DNA from: Chrysomallon squamiferum
Lineage: Eukaryota > Animalia > Mollusca
Assembly: GCA_012295275.1 (NCBI GenBank)
Contig: CM022677.1
Location: 9,610,001 to 9,674,000 of the forward strand
Direction: 5' to 3'
Length of the DNA stretch: 64,000 nt
Below the pieces are notes generated by a model. It worked only from the letters and a program-made list of their open reading frames with translations, was not told the origin of the DNA and ran no database searches. Positions 49,001 through 62,667 of this stretch are shown here, one piece after another. The position numbers were made by a program, and so were the translations under genes. Each line of letters opens with the position of its first letter. The stretch's first letter is position 1.

Positions 49001-52000
49001 GGGTATGTGTGTATAGGTGTGTGTGTGTGTGTGTGTATGAAATATACATGAAGGATTAAAAACACTTAAAAAGTGCTACTGTAAGGAAACCATTACCAGA
49101 GGAAATCTTAAATAAATATTTTACTAAGAACATCATCTTTATTTTCCATGTGTGACTTTTCGCTCTCATGTTGTAATAATATTCTACTGGCCCTTGTCCA
49201 CTCAGATAAATATTGATTTTTCTTTCACTTTTTTTTCTTTTTTTTTTCTCTTTCCCTTCTTTCTCTTGTGCTTGATAGTGGGTCAGTCACATGACACCAC
49301 TGCTTTGAGTGGAACTACTTTCAAGAAAAGCAGAAATGAGGAGCAGGGATACTTCTGCTTCTGTCAAAAGCAGCAGAGCTGGAGAAAATAGGTCAGGCAA
49401 GGTTACCAAACAGAAGACATCTCTAGACTTGCCCCATGGCCATTCAAAATGGCCTCCTTGTTCAAGATTAATTGTTAGACTTTCCTTATGGCTACTGTAT
49501 TCACAATGTAAGGAATGAAAATGGTAACTGTACATGATTACAACTACACAATCCTTCTCCTTTGCAGATTCTTTTTGTTTTTTCTTCATCTTTTCCTTTT
49601 TTATTATTATTATTTTTTTGTTCATGTTTTATTGATTTTTATTTTTATTAATATTTATAAGGAACCTTATGAGGGTAGTTCTATATTTTTAATGTAATGT
49701 CTTTCTTGTACTTTATATTTTTTTAAGATGTAAAATGTATTTCTTTTAATTAATTTTACTGGCCTCACATAAACATTCTTTACTTGTACATGTTAATCTA
49801 TTTTTGCTGTAGAAAAAATCCTTTGTTTGCATCTGTTTCTTCTTAAAAAAAAAAAAATAATAATAATAATAATAATAATAAAAAGAAAATAATAAAAATA
49901 ATTTTACAAAAAAAACTGATGGCAATAAAAGAAAATTTGCATGAAGAAAGATTTTCACTAGCTTTTCTGTTTACACATGTCCATTTAATATTAATCAGTC
50001 CTCAAAAATATTTTCTGAGATTCATCAATGTATGAAAAGGAAGCTACCACTGTGAAAACAAAAAGTCTGTACAAATCTCACAAATAGAAAAAAATAAATG
50101 AACTAGCAAGAAATATATTTGTAATTGTTCAGTGAGGAAAGTGTATTCCAGATTTTTGGATAAATCAACCTTTGAACAGAGGCTAGAGACAGCCCAGTGG
50201 TCAGTTTGTTTCCAAAGTTCAAAAACAGAGATAAAACCTGCTAGGATTCTGTTTACCTCACATGTTTACAATTATAATATCCACAGAATATGTATACTTG
50301 TGAAGGCACAATGTGTGAATTTTGAGTATGCTCAAAGGAAACAACTGGCAAGATAACACTAGTTGGGTCCTGCTAGTTTACTTAGAGTACATATTTTTAA
50401 CAGAGAATTTAAATACAAATTAGCATATCCTAGAAAAAGGTCAATGGAATTTCTAACTACAACACACACAATGCTTGGTTGATAAAGACATATTTGAATA
50501 AATAGTCTGTACAGAAAACAATGTTGTTGTTCTGGGTTTTTTTCTTAAGATAATAATACTGAAGGTTGATTCAACTGGAGATGGTGATGTGTGTAGCAAA
50601 GTTAAAAGAAGTGATACATAATAAATAAATTCAATGATGATGATTACATATGTTCCACATAAGGACAGTAAATTGGAACTGTTGTACTATATTAACAGAA
50701 TATTCCTTTCTAATGGTTGTTCTTGATTGTTTTTTGTTTTTATTTAACACAATATTTAAAAATATAAATAATTAAAAACAAAATATAAACAGGTTTTAAA
50801 GGCAACAATGTTCTTTATGAGGAAGAAAAAGATCTCATGCATATAAATGTATTTAAACAATTGTTTTACCGAGTTAATAATTTGAGGATTTTTCTTACTA
50901 CTTGTTGTTTATTTTCAGAGATTTTTTTTTTTTTAATTTGATGTTTTATGACATTATTAATTTCTCTATGTGTAACCTAGATACATCCTTAATTTTATTC
51001 AACCAATTCAGCACCTCTGTTCAGACTGGTTTAAACTAGGAGGAGGAAATAGATATTAGCCCATCAAACATGAAGATAAGATTACAAAAGGTAACTAGAT
51101 CTGTAGGATAAAACTGGATAAAAGTACACAAATTCCAATGTAAGTACTATATAAAACTGTTGCTGAATTCTTTTCTAGATTATATAAAATTATTCTCAAA
51201 TAGCACAGTAAATACGTAGTAAGACCAGCAAAGCACAAGTGAGCTGCTGCAAACAACAAACAAGTGAATACCATGGGTGACTTGGTCCATTTTGTAAACT
51301 AATGCTAACCCTGGAGCAGAGGGTCAGGTCAGGTCAGAGCAAATATGGGCTAAAGCTGAGCCGGAACTACTTTCAGGAACTATTTCCTCTTCAGACCCAA
51401 AGAAATAACTAAAATTACGCAAGTACTCAAAGACTGTTACAAATTACACTATTGAAAAGCATGCTCTGGGTTTACTAAGAGCTAAAAAAAAAAAAAAAAA
51501 AAATGTTTTGTTGTAGTAGATAGAGAAATGTTTGCTGTATGAAAAATCAAAACGATCAAATACGCTGCCACAGGTGTTTAGCAGATTCCAGACTAACAAT
51601 AAAAATAACCATAGCTGACCTTTAGCTTCTCAGGGTGGACTAGCTGTGTTGTGTTCTGGAGGAAAAGAACTCAGCTGTAAAGGATTTTTACTTGTGCACA
51701 GAAATGGAATACATTATTGTCATCTATTGCTACAACTGATAAATACAAGCAAATAACATACAGGAAGATAAAAGTGATATGTATCATAATATAATGAGAT
51801 AGTAACTGATAATTTTATATGCAGATATTAGAATTAAGAGTAATATTAAATTAATGTGGCACATATTAATGGACAGTAAATTGCTCCAGGCATATACTGA
51901 TATTTATCCAGATGATCTTACTACTACTGCTACTACTGTCAATACTACCTACTACTACACTAATAATATTTCTTTCTATAATTCTATATATTACCTGCTG

Positions 52001-54410
52001 CTACACTAATATCTTCAAAGAAAAGGAAAAGCTTAAATTAAAATTGGAATAATAAACAAACTTGACTAATTTTTTGAACAGCTTATAAAAAAAGAATATG
52101 TCATTATAAAATCAAACTTAAATCTTGTTCAAGAAACAATTGTTTAGACCTTACTGCTCTAAGGAAAATGATCTGCAGCCACTTTTTTCTTTCAAAGCTT
52201 CTTTTTTTAACACACCTGACTGCACTATGGAAAGTTACATTCTGTTACTAGTTCTAATATACTACTGAGAACAAAGCACTAATCTGTTTTCAAGTATTAT
52301 CTGTTATTCATTCAATCACGGTTTTAGTTATTTGCTGCTTTCTGTTTGTAACATTTCTAATTCAAGTTTGTTCAATAATAATTAAAAAAAACTTAAAATT
52401 ATAAAAACATTATTAGCTTTAGGCTTTAAGACTGCTTATCTGAAAAGCTAGTTTGTTACTGTGGCATTTATCCAGCAGTAAAATAGGCCATTCTGTGAGA
52501 CCAGTATTGATCAGAATATGTATCCAACTGACCACAGGCTGCAAGTGCTGTATCTCCAGCTCAGCTGACCCAAAATCAACAGTTACATTGATCTGCTTTT
52601 ATTCTCTCAAGTTAAAAGACTTACAAAGACTAAATTTCTACACCTTCAAAAACTATATATCATCTGAAAAAAAATATTTGTTAGCATTTATGAAAAAAAC
52701 AACATTACTTTTTGTGTGTGTTTGACATTCATACCTATTAACAACGTTCATTTTCTAAAATATGCTCATGTTCACTGTTAGTTAGGTGCTGGTGTTCACA
52801 ATCTGTGATTAGGTGCTCATAATTCACTTTGGCAACAAATATTATTTTTACACATGATTAACACCATAACCTCAAGCTATAACCTGTTTTGAAAATTACA
52901 AAGAAAAGTAAGCAATAAAGCAACCTGTAATGGTTTTATAGCTCAGTTTAGTAATCTAAGGTTTTTAAAAATCTATTTACTCATCTGGAAATGGGTAGTT
53001 TTTTGTTTGTTTGTTGGGTTTTTTGTCGGGTTTTTGTTTTTCTGTATCAGTAAGGAAGGAAACTAATGTAATCTCAAACATACAACATCAAAGCAAGAAA
53101 CATCTCATTTTTTCCTCCTCTATATAAATTAAATTAGAATTATATATCAAATTAAATTTCACTTCTTTTTAAAAGAGAACCGTGAGTTTCACAAGAAGTG
53201 ATTAAACTCAAGGGTTACTTTATCTCAAGTTGACAAGTGCTATCTTTCATGCTGATATTAAAACATACAACTGTCTGATATCACGTAGGTCATTTAGCCA
53301 TGGTACAACTGCACTGTCCTCTATACAAATCCACAAGTGCCTAACTTTCCTATATATTATGCAATCAATAATTCCTTACTTTTGCTGTATATCTGAATAA
53401 ACAAACTTTAGTCTTTGTGTACATTGTTTCACTAGTATGTATACATGGCTAAGACTTAAATGGGAAAAGTAACATATCTGAAGCCAGTTAAGTAGGTTAT
53501 GAAAGTAAAGATCGCAAACTTCCTGGATCACACTTAACCTTATTTCCCCACTTAACTGTGATAATGCAAATATATCACAAACATGGATATTAGAAAACTG
53601 TTAAGATATATACAGATTTAATTTTTTCAGTGGTAAATCTTTCCTAAGCCAGAAAAGCTAATTAATACAAATAGTGGATGACAGAAAAAACAATATTTTG
53701 TAGCAGCTAAAAATTAGCTTCCACTTCCAACTGGAGCATGACATTTAAAAAAACTAATTTTAAAATTGAAAGTTATGCTTTCCTATCTATTAAAAGGGAG
53801 AAAAAACAAACAATTTTTTTTATTTTTTTTTTGCGATTTAGAAGAAATATTTAGTCATTTTTGTTTTTTTTAGTAATATAATCATAGAAATAAACAAATT
53901 CTCTCAATTGGTAAAACATAAACATAAAATTTGAATCATATGTTCCCACTATTAATAAATCCTAAAACATGTAATTAATATTCAGTGAGTAACAGTAAAA
54001 AGGATAAAATATTTTTTCTGTAATATCAACCATTCATTGCAAGCTGACATCTTTTTTATGGCAACTCATAAATACCATTACTTTCAAAAACAATATATCA
54101 CCTGAAAAAAAAAGAAGTTTCAACTGGTTATATAACTGTTATATCAAGCAAACCACTGAAAATACATTTTCACACTGAAAATACATTTTCAGAGTTGATG
54201 AGTCACTTTTTCAGGATAAATGTATTCCTTCCCATATAGCAATAATAGTTTATTTTCTATTTATTGCCTATATATTTTCCAGTTTAAAGAATAAGACAAT
54301 TTTTTTACACATATTTTATTTATAATGAAAACACACTCACACACACACACAATTCATGCTCATAAAACAACCAGACAGTGAAAAGAATACTGGTAAAAGT
54401 GTAATTATAG

Positions 54411-54459
<49 letters not shown>

Positions 54460-57295
54460 TTGTTGTTAAGTAACATCCTAACAGTAATGGCTTAGATCAG
54501 ATATTAGTTTTTATATTCAACTGCAGTCTATAGTAACTGAATGTGAAAAACACACACACATACTCAATAAAATTATAATAATCATTAACCTCTTGGCCTT
54601 CCTCTCCACAGTGTACAAAAAAATACATGTAGTCTAATCATATCAGTGTCTTTACTCTGTACAGTAGAATTACCACATTCAAAGGCTGAGTCAACAGATC
54701 AGTTAAACAGACTGATTACCAGAATTATCATCTCTTTATAATAAAACCATAGCAATCATCATTCTATATATTAATAACAAAAACACATCAATCATCTCTT
54801 TATATATTTCTAATAAGTTGTTTTTCTTTATATATAAATAATAATAACCACACAGTCATCTCTTCATAAAATAATTATAAAACCGAACTGGTAACCTCTT
54901 CATATATTAGTATGGTCAAACCTGTATATTAACAATTTATCTCTTTAGTACTAAAAATCATTCACCGCCTTATTCAGTAATAAAACTAAACTTGTCATTT
55001 CTTCATACATTAGTAATAAAGCCAAACCAGTCATTTCTTGTACATTAATAACAGCCACACCCTGTCATCTCAACATATATCAATAATAAAACCAAACCAG
55101 TCATTTCTTTAAACAATCTTTAAACAATAAAACCACTGTATACAAAAAAACACACACAAACTGAAATGCCATGAAAATGCCTGTTCATATCATGTGGTAC
55201 AAATAAAAATTTCTGTTTGTTTTCTACATTAAATTTCTATTCTAACCAGAGATGGCATTAAAAAAATAATAATAATAATAATTATTATTATTATAATAAT
55301 AATGAATTTTAAATTTTATAAAATTTACTTTAAAAAATGTTACCCTGAAAATTTATTTATCTTTTCCCCAAGGCAAGAGTAATTGAGAAAAATGTTTTAT
55401 ATATATTATTAATTTTCATAAGGGACAACCAAATTTTACCCACATGACTTCTTCCAATGACCAGTGGGTTAGATGAATTGATTTTTTCAGGGTAGCTGCA
55501 GAAAAAACTGTTTGGCACAGTGGCCAATATGTCACTTGGACCAGTGCCAGACAACTGACCAATGAGAAACATCTGCTGCTCAGAGCAAAGGTCATCACCT
55601 GGTGAGTCATGCATAATGGCAAGAACTAACTGGCATGTAGCATCATGGGCTGTAACTTTATACTATATGAGAGGACAAAAGGCACGTATCTTTATTTGCC
55701 ATAACTCTTTTCTAATAACAATTCTAACTAATTCTTAAAACTTGGTTAACTGATTTCCATTAAAAAAAACACAATTTTAAAAAATTGTCAATTATTCTTT
55801 TTATATCCTTTTATTTAATGTTTTTCTTCTTGTTAATTCCTTATTTATCTATTTTATTTTACTTAGTCTCTTCATTACATTTTTCTTCTTTTTAATTGAA
55901 ACCTTTTAAACTGACAGTTTTTAAATATTTTTATCAAATTAGTGAGACTTAGAATGTCAGAAATTGATATTGATGAAAAATAAATTTTTGTGAGTAAAAC
56001 AGTATTTGAAGTAACTGAAATAAAAGACAAATATGTGTCTTCATTATTATGTACATATAACAATAGATATTAATTAAAATTTAGTTTCTTAATTTTTGTG
56101 TATGTGTTTAAGTTTGGTTGTGTTTATGTGTCTTATCTAGTCTGAGTGCTTATTAATATGTTCAGAAGGTTATATTTTCAGGAGTTTAAAAAATTTGTTT
56201 TAGTTTTAATAAAAGTGTTTTATTTTTACTGTTTTATTTTTAAAACCATATTCTTATGAGTTATCATAAATAATCAGCACATTCTCAAAAGATTATTATG
56301 TAAATCAACAAGTCTGAATTTATCTGAAGTAAACAGAAAGCACAGACTCTACATATCTACCTATCTTAATAAACACAATGCAATGAAACTTTACAATTAA
56401 TTTTATCTGCATCTTTGAACATTTAATTCACAGGAATATTTTTGTACAAAAAATAAAAAAAATAAAACAAAAGAGGATAACATCTTGATACTGGCTTAAT
56501 AGTTAAATAAGAAACAGATTATTTCTTACAATGATGGGATTTCCATCCTGTATTTTGCTCTGAAAACTTGTGTCTATAAATCTGATTCAACCCTTTAAAG
56601 CGATGTCTGTTTTAAAATATAAACAATGTTTAGAAAAGGGTCACGTAACGATTAGCTGCTTTAAGAAGGAAGTAGTTTCCAGCAGTTATCTGAAATGCTT
56701 AAAATTTCAGATTTTGGGATATAATAATAGCATGAGAATCCATTTATATTACAAACTGAGTTTAATATAAAATTTTAAATAATTTCATATATACTGAGAT
56801 TGCTTCAAACATTTTAATACTGTAAACAACAATGCTGTCTTCTTTGATTAATAATAAACATTATTTTGTTTTAGAGTATAAAGTTAATATTACTCTGTCT
56901 TCATCAATTCTGGTTAACAATTATTATCAAATAAGATTTCTAGTTCTTTTAAAAAGTTGAAAAGAAAAACTTACTTGCAAGTTCTAAATGAACATTGCGC
57001 ACAATAACTTTGCCAATATTGTTGATAGCAAAACATCGGTAAACTCCTTCATGCTGTTGTTTCATCTTTCGTATATATAAAGATCCATTCTGATATAATC
57101 GAATCCAAGGGCGAGAGTTTTTCTCATTCAGCTTGGTTCGACCCTTGTACCATTCGAAGTGGACCTTGCCACTATCGGATGGAGTTGTGACAGAACAGTT
57201 TAAAAGTACTCGGCTTTTCTTCTGAACTATCAAGTGATGTGTGTCCTGAGTTATGGCAATCTTCATCGCCACGGCATCGTCGGTGCTCCCATCCA
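32756..57295 (-). CDS. PRTG: Protogenin-like (IGDCC/DCC family) Ig-FNIII single-pass receptor; 20 coding exons, ~1317 aa visible, 5'-partial
   Basis: 4 Ig + 5 FNIII + TM architecture (DCC/neogenin have 6 FNIII). Ig2 motif GGVARFAC...LPSGVLQI and cytoplasmic DSKGG motif. All 19 introns are GT-AG with matching phases and no internal stop. The symbol denotes family-level similarity; strict orthology needs a phylogeny. Confidence 0.88.
34153..34293 (-). CDS. Protogenin-like exon, cytoplasmic 2
   Basis: GGGNLIVTPNG...NGHLPNGHV...NFE; 47 codons, phase 0/0. Confidence 0.75.
34704..34878 (-). CDS. Protogenin-like exon, cytoplasmic 1
   Basis: CFKDSEL...HGNGHLPCNGNGH...EQSDSK; phase 2/0; weak donor AAG|GTTCAG. 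Confidence 0.75.
35122..35239 (-). CDS. Protogenin-like exon, transmembrane helix
   Basis: LAIVIGISIGIVCIIVCCIIVFVF followed by RQR; phase 1/2. Confidence 0.88.
35548..35679 (-). CDS. Protogenin-like exon, FNIII-5 C-half
   Basis: YYFKLQACNQVGEGDMS; phase 1/1. Confidence 0.88.
36003..36167 (-). CDS. Protogenin-like exon, FNIII-5 N-half
   Basis: PSAPTNITY...LQWKPPKSPNGKITSYIIFY; phase 1/1. Confidence 0.9.
36611..36741 (-). CDS. Protogenin-like exon, FNIII-4 C-half
   Basis: IIVKDLKENTRYRFVVTA; phase 2/1. Confidence 0.88.
37246..37498 (-). CDS. Protogenin-like exon, FNIII-3 end / FNIII-4 N-half
   Basis: GTTYEVTVNA...VPHNLHGEVVDVNTVTVGWS...FTVCY; phase 1/2. Confidence 0.85.
37979..38161 (-). 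CDS. Protogenin-like exon, FNIII-3 N-part
   Basis: PAPRLQIKFVNETCVILMWS...SYAIVL; phase 1/1. Confidence 0.85.
38827..38946 (-). CDS. Protogenin-like exon, FNIII-2 C-half
   Basis: GLEPDTNYQVIVLAGTKMGFP; phase 1/1. Confidence 0.9.
39197..39388 (-). CDS. Protogenin-like exon, FNIII-2 N-half
   Basis: SISVEWQPLSAKESQGEIIEYKLYY; phase 1/1. Confidence 0.9.
39701..39850 (-). CDS. Protogenin-like exon, FNIII-1 C-half
   Basis: LTGLEPYTNYTIEVRSYNSKGAS; phase 1/1. Confidence 0.9.
40244..40381 (-). CDS. Protogenin-like exon, FNIII-1 N-half
   Basis: PPAPLITEAIATSPTSIFLQWEQP; phase 1/1. Confidence 0.85.
40435..40540. repeat. (GA)n microsatellite, intronic
   Basis: Directly visible. Confidence 0.95.
40921..41047 (-). 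CDS. Protogenin-like exon, Ig4 C-half
   Basis: LNIINAGLKQAGYYQCMATNDAGQFIATARLEI; phase 0/1. Confidence 0.88.
41572..41723 (-). CDS. Protogenin-like exon, Ig4 N-half
   Basis: PPVLKSK...IFNCNADGNPKPNVSWFFNGK; phase 1/0. Confidence 0.88.
41940..42104 (-). CDS. Protogenin-like exon, Ig3 C-half
   Basis: GQGNLKIFDVQPSDQGTYVCSA; phase 1/1. Confidence 0.9.
42361..42489 (-). CDS. Protogenin-like exon, Ig3 N-half
   Basis: PNVTVRQGETAILECLVDGRPLPNITWYR; phase 1/1. Confidence 0.9.
43101..43417. repeat. Intronic 45-bp minisatellite, 7 copies
   Basis: ACCTA anchors at 43116, 43161, 43206, 43251, 43296, 43338 and 43383 (one unit is 42 bp). Confidence 0.95.
43859..44025 (-). CDS. Protogenin-like exon, Ig2 C-half
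   Basis: YVTLPSGVLQINNLQESDTGLYRCIAS; phase 2/1. Confidence 0.9.
44653..44800 (-). CDS. Protogenin-like exon, Ig2 N-half
   Basis: FSVQPLPREGYVGGVARFACTINTVPPPIFTWQKD; phase 1/2. Confidence 0.9.
54700..55140. repeat. Old degenerate ~39-bp tandem repeat, intronic
   Basis: Recurring AATAAAACC...TCAT(C/T)TCTT motif. Confidence 0.55.
56975..57295 (-). CDS. Protogenin-like exon, Ig1
   Basis: VLLNCS...FEWYK...NGSLYI...EGVYRCFAINNIG; phase 1/1. Confidence 0.9.
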
Positions 57296-59832
57296 CTGTA
57301 AATATAACACAACATTTGATTAGTTACATTTTAATATTTAGCATATGTATAGTTTCACATCCCAGGCACTGGATTTACAAAATCTTTTCAATCAGACACA
57401 CCAAAAATTGATACATCTTTGAACATTATATTAAGTTAAATATTAACGCTTCTAATGTGGACTCATTTATTTCTTTTTCTATGTGAATTTAAAATAATAA
57501 GAATAAAAATTAAACTTTCTAAAAACAATTTAGAATTTTGGTAGTTTTAGTCTGAACTCATATACGTTATCAGGCACTTCCCAAACCTTTTTTCACACTC
57601 ATCTGATATTAGTAACTTTTCTATAGTGTTTAAATAAGGATAAATTCACCAACTGTTATTATCTTTCATCTTACTTTGCCATTAACCCATAATATTTACT
57701 TTAAAATTTCTTTCCATTTCATTATAAAAATTCAATTTTTTCCCTTTCTATCTCATTAAAAATGATCTCTTTAAGAAAACATCTACAGTCAGTGATCTAG
57801 AAACAGCACTAGTTGTGTATCAGTAGTGTAGAAGACTGGCCTGCTTGTTTCCTATCTGCTCCAGGTCATGGCACAAAATACCTCTCTGAACCAAGGTCAA
57901 AGCCCTAGCTTTAACTCTACTGGCAAGAAAAACATCAAATACAAACTAATGTGTCTTTTATGAAACAGCATGGTGTGAAGTAGAGAAACAAGGCTATATT
58001 TATATTCATATTTTTGTATTAAGTACAATGTGTTTATCAAGCTAATCATTCTCAACACACACATACACCACAAAATTATTTTAACAACTTTTTGTTTGTG
58101 TATGTGGCATACATGTATGCAGTCACATACACTCAGTCAACAAGACTGTTTCTGTATCTCTGTGTTTGTGAACAAGATTTTGTCTGAGAGGTAAAATAAC
58201 TGAATAATTAATACACAAAACAATTACCTATCTTCTAACATTACAATATAGAAAGAGAATTTATAATATTTAAAAAAAATCTTAGTCAAAGACACATTTT
58301 AAAATCTGATAAAGTTAATTTGTTTTTTAAATTTGAGAGAGACAACATTTTTTTTTTACATTATTACAAACCTATAGTTACAGGACAAACCAACTTATTA
58401 ATTATTATGACAAAGTAGTACACATTTAAAATCAGCTTTACAATTTTCATAAAAAATCACATTGATGAAAATGTTTATGAAACTGTTTTTGTGAACCAGT
58501 TATTACAGCAAGTCTCTCTATGCTAATCATTCTTCATATCAGTGTTTATTTATCATTACCCATCATTTATAATCAAAACAATAAAACCTATAATGAAATT
58601 TAATAACCTCATGGTCCTTCCCATGGTTTAAAATTATCCAACACCTTAAAAAAATATATAAATAAATTTAAAAAAAGATTTGTGCTAATTTACTTTTAAT
58701 AAATGATTTTAAGGTATAATACAATCTTATAAAAATACATTATTCTAAACCCATCCACTTCAGTAACATTATATTTATATACCCCCAATTCAATAATACT
58801 TTATAGAAGCAGTGACAATATTCTTTATGATTTTATTTATAAATATAAATTACCTAAGTATAATATAATACTTTCTTACTTCACTCATTTTTCCATGACC
58901 AACAATCGGTGCCATTTTCTATCAATGGCAAACCACATAAAACCAGTATCTTGGTTGGAATCTCACCTTGTATCGTGCTTCGTGACATGTTCTATATATT
59001 GCATTCATAAATTTACATCTAACTAGATCACTGTGTATACAGTACTTTGTAGGTCACTATCTGACAGTGTGTATACAGTACTTTCACAAATTTACATCTC
59101 ACTATCCATCACTATGAATTCAGTACACACAAAGACTTTTAAACTCCGACTATGACAGTGTATATCTATATCATATATAAATTAATTTTTACATCTCACT
59201 GTCTGACAGTATATAGACTAATGTATGTAATCCTGTTAGCTATCTGTGAACACTTAAATCAACTCCTGTGATTATCATCATGCTTCTAGCTAATGATTTA
59301 GTCTTTGAGTATACTCTACTCATCTATTTAAAAATGTGTATAAGGCAGTTCATTCTGAGCTTGAAAGATATTAATCCAAATGTTTCTTCTTCAAAACAAA
59401 AAACCCAAATGAAATTGAAAAACAAGAAGTAAACATATTTCAAAGCTAACATATTTCAATGTTATATTTAGACTTATTGTTAAGATCTGAACAAGTTATT
59501 CTACTAAAGGCTTTAACACATTATACAGTGTGCTGTAACTATACACTCAACCATCACATAATCACAAGTTTTTTTTTAATGTTTTATCTTACTGTTTTCA
59601 GTTATAATATAAATAAGATACTGCAGTTCATCTGCATTAATCAATTTTTTTTTAAATACACTTACATATGTAGAAGGAAACAGGGAGGAAGAAATATTCA
59701 AATTACTTATTATAGCAAAAATTCATATATAATTTATCATACCCATCCTCTAAATTAATCTTTAATAAACATTAAATTTAGTTTTTTCTGTTTTTTCATT
59801 GGAAAAATATGTTTTTTATGTATATATATCTA

Positions 59833-59863
<31 letters not shown>

Positions 59864-61426
59864 GTGTATACGTTTTTCGCAGTGAGTGATAAAAAGTTAT
59901 TTAACACTACATTGTTGAAACTAAGTAAAAAAACCCAAATAATTGCTTTATGTTTACAAATTCAGTTCTTTACTTATTAAACTGTACACCATTAAACCAT
60001 AGCAAATCCAAAATCTACTCGACATCTACAGCAAACCCAGAGGAATGTACTGAGCTGTACCAAATGCAAGATCCTTTATTCAGCAAACCATGATTATTAA
60101 TCCAAACAGAGAATTATACACTGCATATTAACAGATACCCCAATATCCTGATTACTGACCACTGGTAAACTGAAAAAGTGTGACACAAAATAATATTGTG
60201 ATGAAACAATGACTCTTCTCCTTTTGTTCTTTATTCTTTCAGTTACAAATGAGCGTGTGCATGTTCTTGTGTATGTTGCTGAATATGTAAAACAAATCAG
60301 TTTTCAGAGTACATGCATTTTTACAAAAAGCGTAATCCTTTTTAATGTTCCATTTAAATATAAGCAAACACAACTGGGCATTTTTATATGATTTGTAAGC
60401 AAATGAAGAAAGAAGCTGAAAGAAAGAACACATAATTTAAAACAATCAATGAAGATATTTTGTTATTGTTTTTCAATATTTAAATTTTATTTTTAATGTC
60501 AATTTCTAAATTAAAAACAAGAAACATTGTTTAGCCAGATGTAATTAATTCCAAAACAAAAATATATTTTTAACTGTTATTTATTTTATTTCTAAATATT
60601 ATTTGTGTTTTTTTAATGGAAAATGCTGGTCTGAATGGATTGTATTAATGAATGAACCACTGACAAAATATACTGATTAAAAATTCAAATGAAATGAAAT
60701 AACTTTCCAAACAATATGAATAAATGAAATGTGTTATAGAGATAAAACAAAATTAAAAATTATAAAAGAAAGTTTGGTTTTTCTGTCGGTTTTCTGGATG
60801 ATTTTTTCTTTATTTTTTTATTTTTTATTTTTTCTTCTTCTTCTTTAAATTAAGTACTTTCCTTGTGTTTATAACTGACTATAGAAGTCAAGTTAAAACT
60901 GAGATATATATATAAAAAGAAATCTGTTCATTATTGAAAATCATTTATTATCAACATTTATAAAAATAAAAATAATAATAGTAATAAAAAATGAGTGTGC
61001 AATTAAAATGATTAACCAACCATCTGATTCATTTCACTAAACATGGTTTCTTAATAGAAGTCTTAAAGAAACACCACTGTTATTAGTATTAACATCAAAA
61101 AAAAAGCAAATAATATATATATTTTATTATATTATTAACTACTGACACAAGTAGTAGATAAATGTCAAAAAAGGAATAAAAGTGTGTTTTATTTTACTTC
61201 TGTCAACAGTTTACAGTCTGAGATAAACGGACTCAGCGAAAAGAATGGTCTGAGAGGCAGGCCAGTGTTATGAATGAAAAGATAAACAGAGTACACAATT
61301 ACCTGTGACAATTTATACACCTGACATAACAAATAAATTGAGATAAATGTTAGCTTTGTTGTTCAACACACTGACTCACTTCATGCATGTAACACTGCAA
61401 CACAGCACTGAGATCACTTAATCACT

Positions 61427-62335
61427 TCATTATAAAAACTAAAGCCAGAATTAAAGTTTTCTTTTGTTACAATTAATTATGTCATTATTAAAAACCAAAA
61501 CCAGATTTAAAGTTTTCTTTAGTTACAATTAATCATGTCATTATGAAAACGAAAATCAGAATTAACGTTTTCTTTATTTACAATTAATTTGTCATTATGA
61601 AAACTAAAACCAGATTTAGTTTTCTTTAGTTACAATTAATCATGTCATTATAAAAACTAAAACCAGATTTTAAAGTTTTATTTACAGTTAATTATAGATA
61701 TAAAAACAAAAACTGAATTTAAAGTTTTCTTTAGTACAATTAATTGTCATTATAAAAACTAAAAGCACAATTAAAATTTTCTTTATTTGGAATTAATTAT
61801 ATCATTATATAAAATAAAACAAAAATCAAAATTTTCTTTATGTGTAATTATTTCTGTCAGTATAAAAACTAAAACCAGAATGAACGTTTTCTTTATTTAC
61901 AATTAATTATGTCATTATGAAAATTAAAATCAGAATTAAGTTTTCTTTAGTTACAGTTAATTATAGATTTAAAAACAAAAACTGAATTTAACGTTTTCTT
62001 TAGTACAATTACTTATGTCATTATAAAAACTAAAAGCACAATTAAAGTTTTCTTTAGTTACTATTAATCACATTTAATAACTAAATTCAGAATTAAAGTT
62101 TGCTTTATTTACATTCAACTAGATCATAAAACCAAAACCAGAATTAAAGTTTTCTTTACTTACAATTCATTATGTCATTATGAAAACTAAAAGCACAATT
62201 AAAATTTTCTCTAGTTAGAATTAATCATATATAATAACTAAATTCAGAATTAAAGTTTGCTTTATTTACATTTAACTAGATCATTAAACCGAAACCAGAA
62301 TTAACTTGTTGTTTTAGTTACTATTAATTATGCAT
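61427..62335. repeat. AT-rich ~54-bp minisatellite, about 17 diverged copies
   Basis: Consensus approximately TCATTATAAAAACTAAAACCAGAATTAAAGTTTTCTTTAGTTACAATTAATTATG. Confidence 0.92.
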
Positions 62336-62616
62336 ATATAAAAAGAAATAATAAATAATATTTATCTAGTCTGATCTAGATCAAATTAATTATGTCTGTT
62401 ATAAAAACCAAAACAAAAATAAATAAATTACAACTAAACAACCTCCTAGAGAAAAATTTGTTTACAAGAATTGAGAACTTCACAGTTCTAGTTTTTGGAG
62501 TGTTAGTCTGGCTAATCTTAATCAAATTTAAGTCATCAATTCATAGTTTATTCTTTTTTAAACAGAATATCAGATCCCAGTTAAAAAGACATAACAGTGT
62601 TTATCACATAATATTA

Positions 62617-62667
<51 letters not shown>

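Noticed and set aside
51321-51336. GGGTCAGGTCAGGTCA nuclear-receptor-like half-sites in the 12-kb intron
   Set aside because: An overlapping 5-bp tandem repeat, not a canonical spaced direct repeat, and no supporting context.
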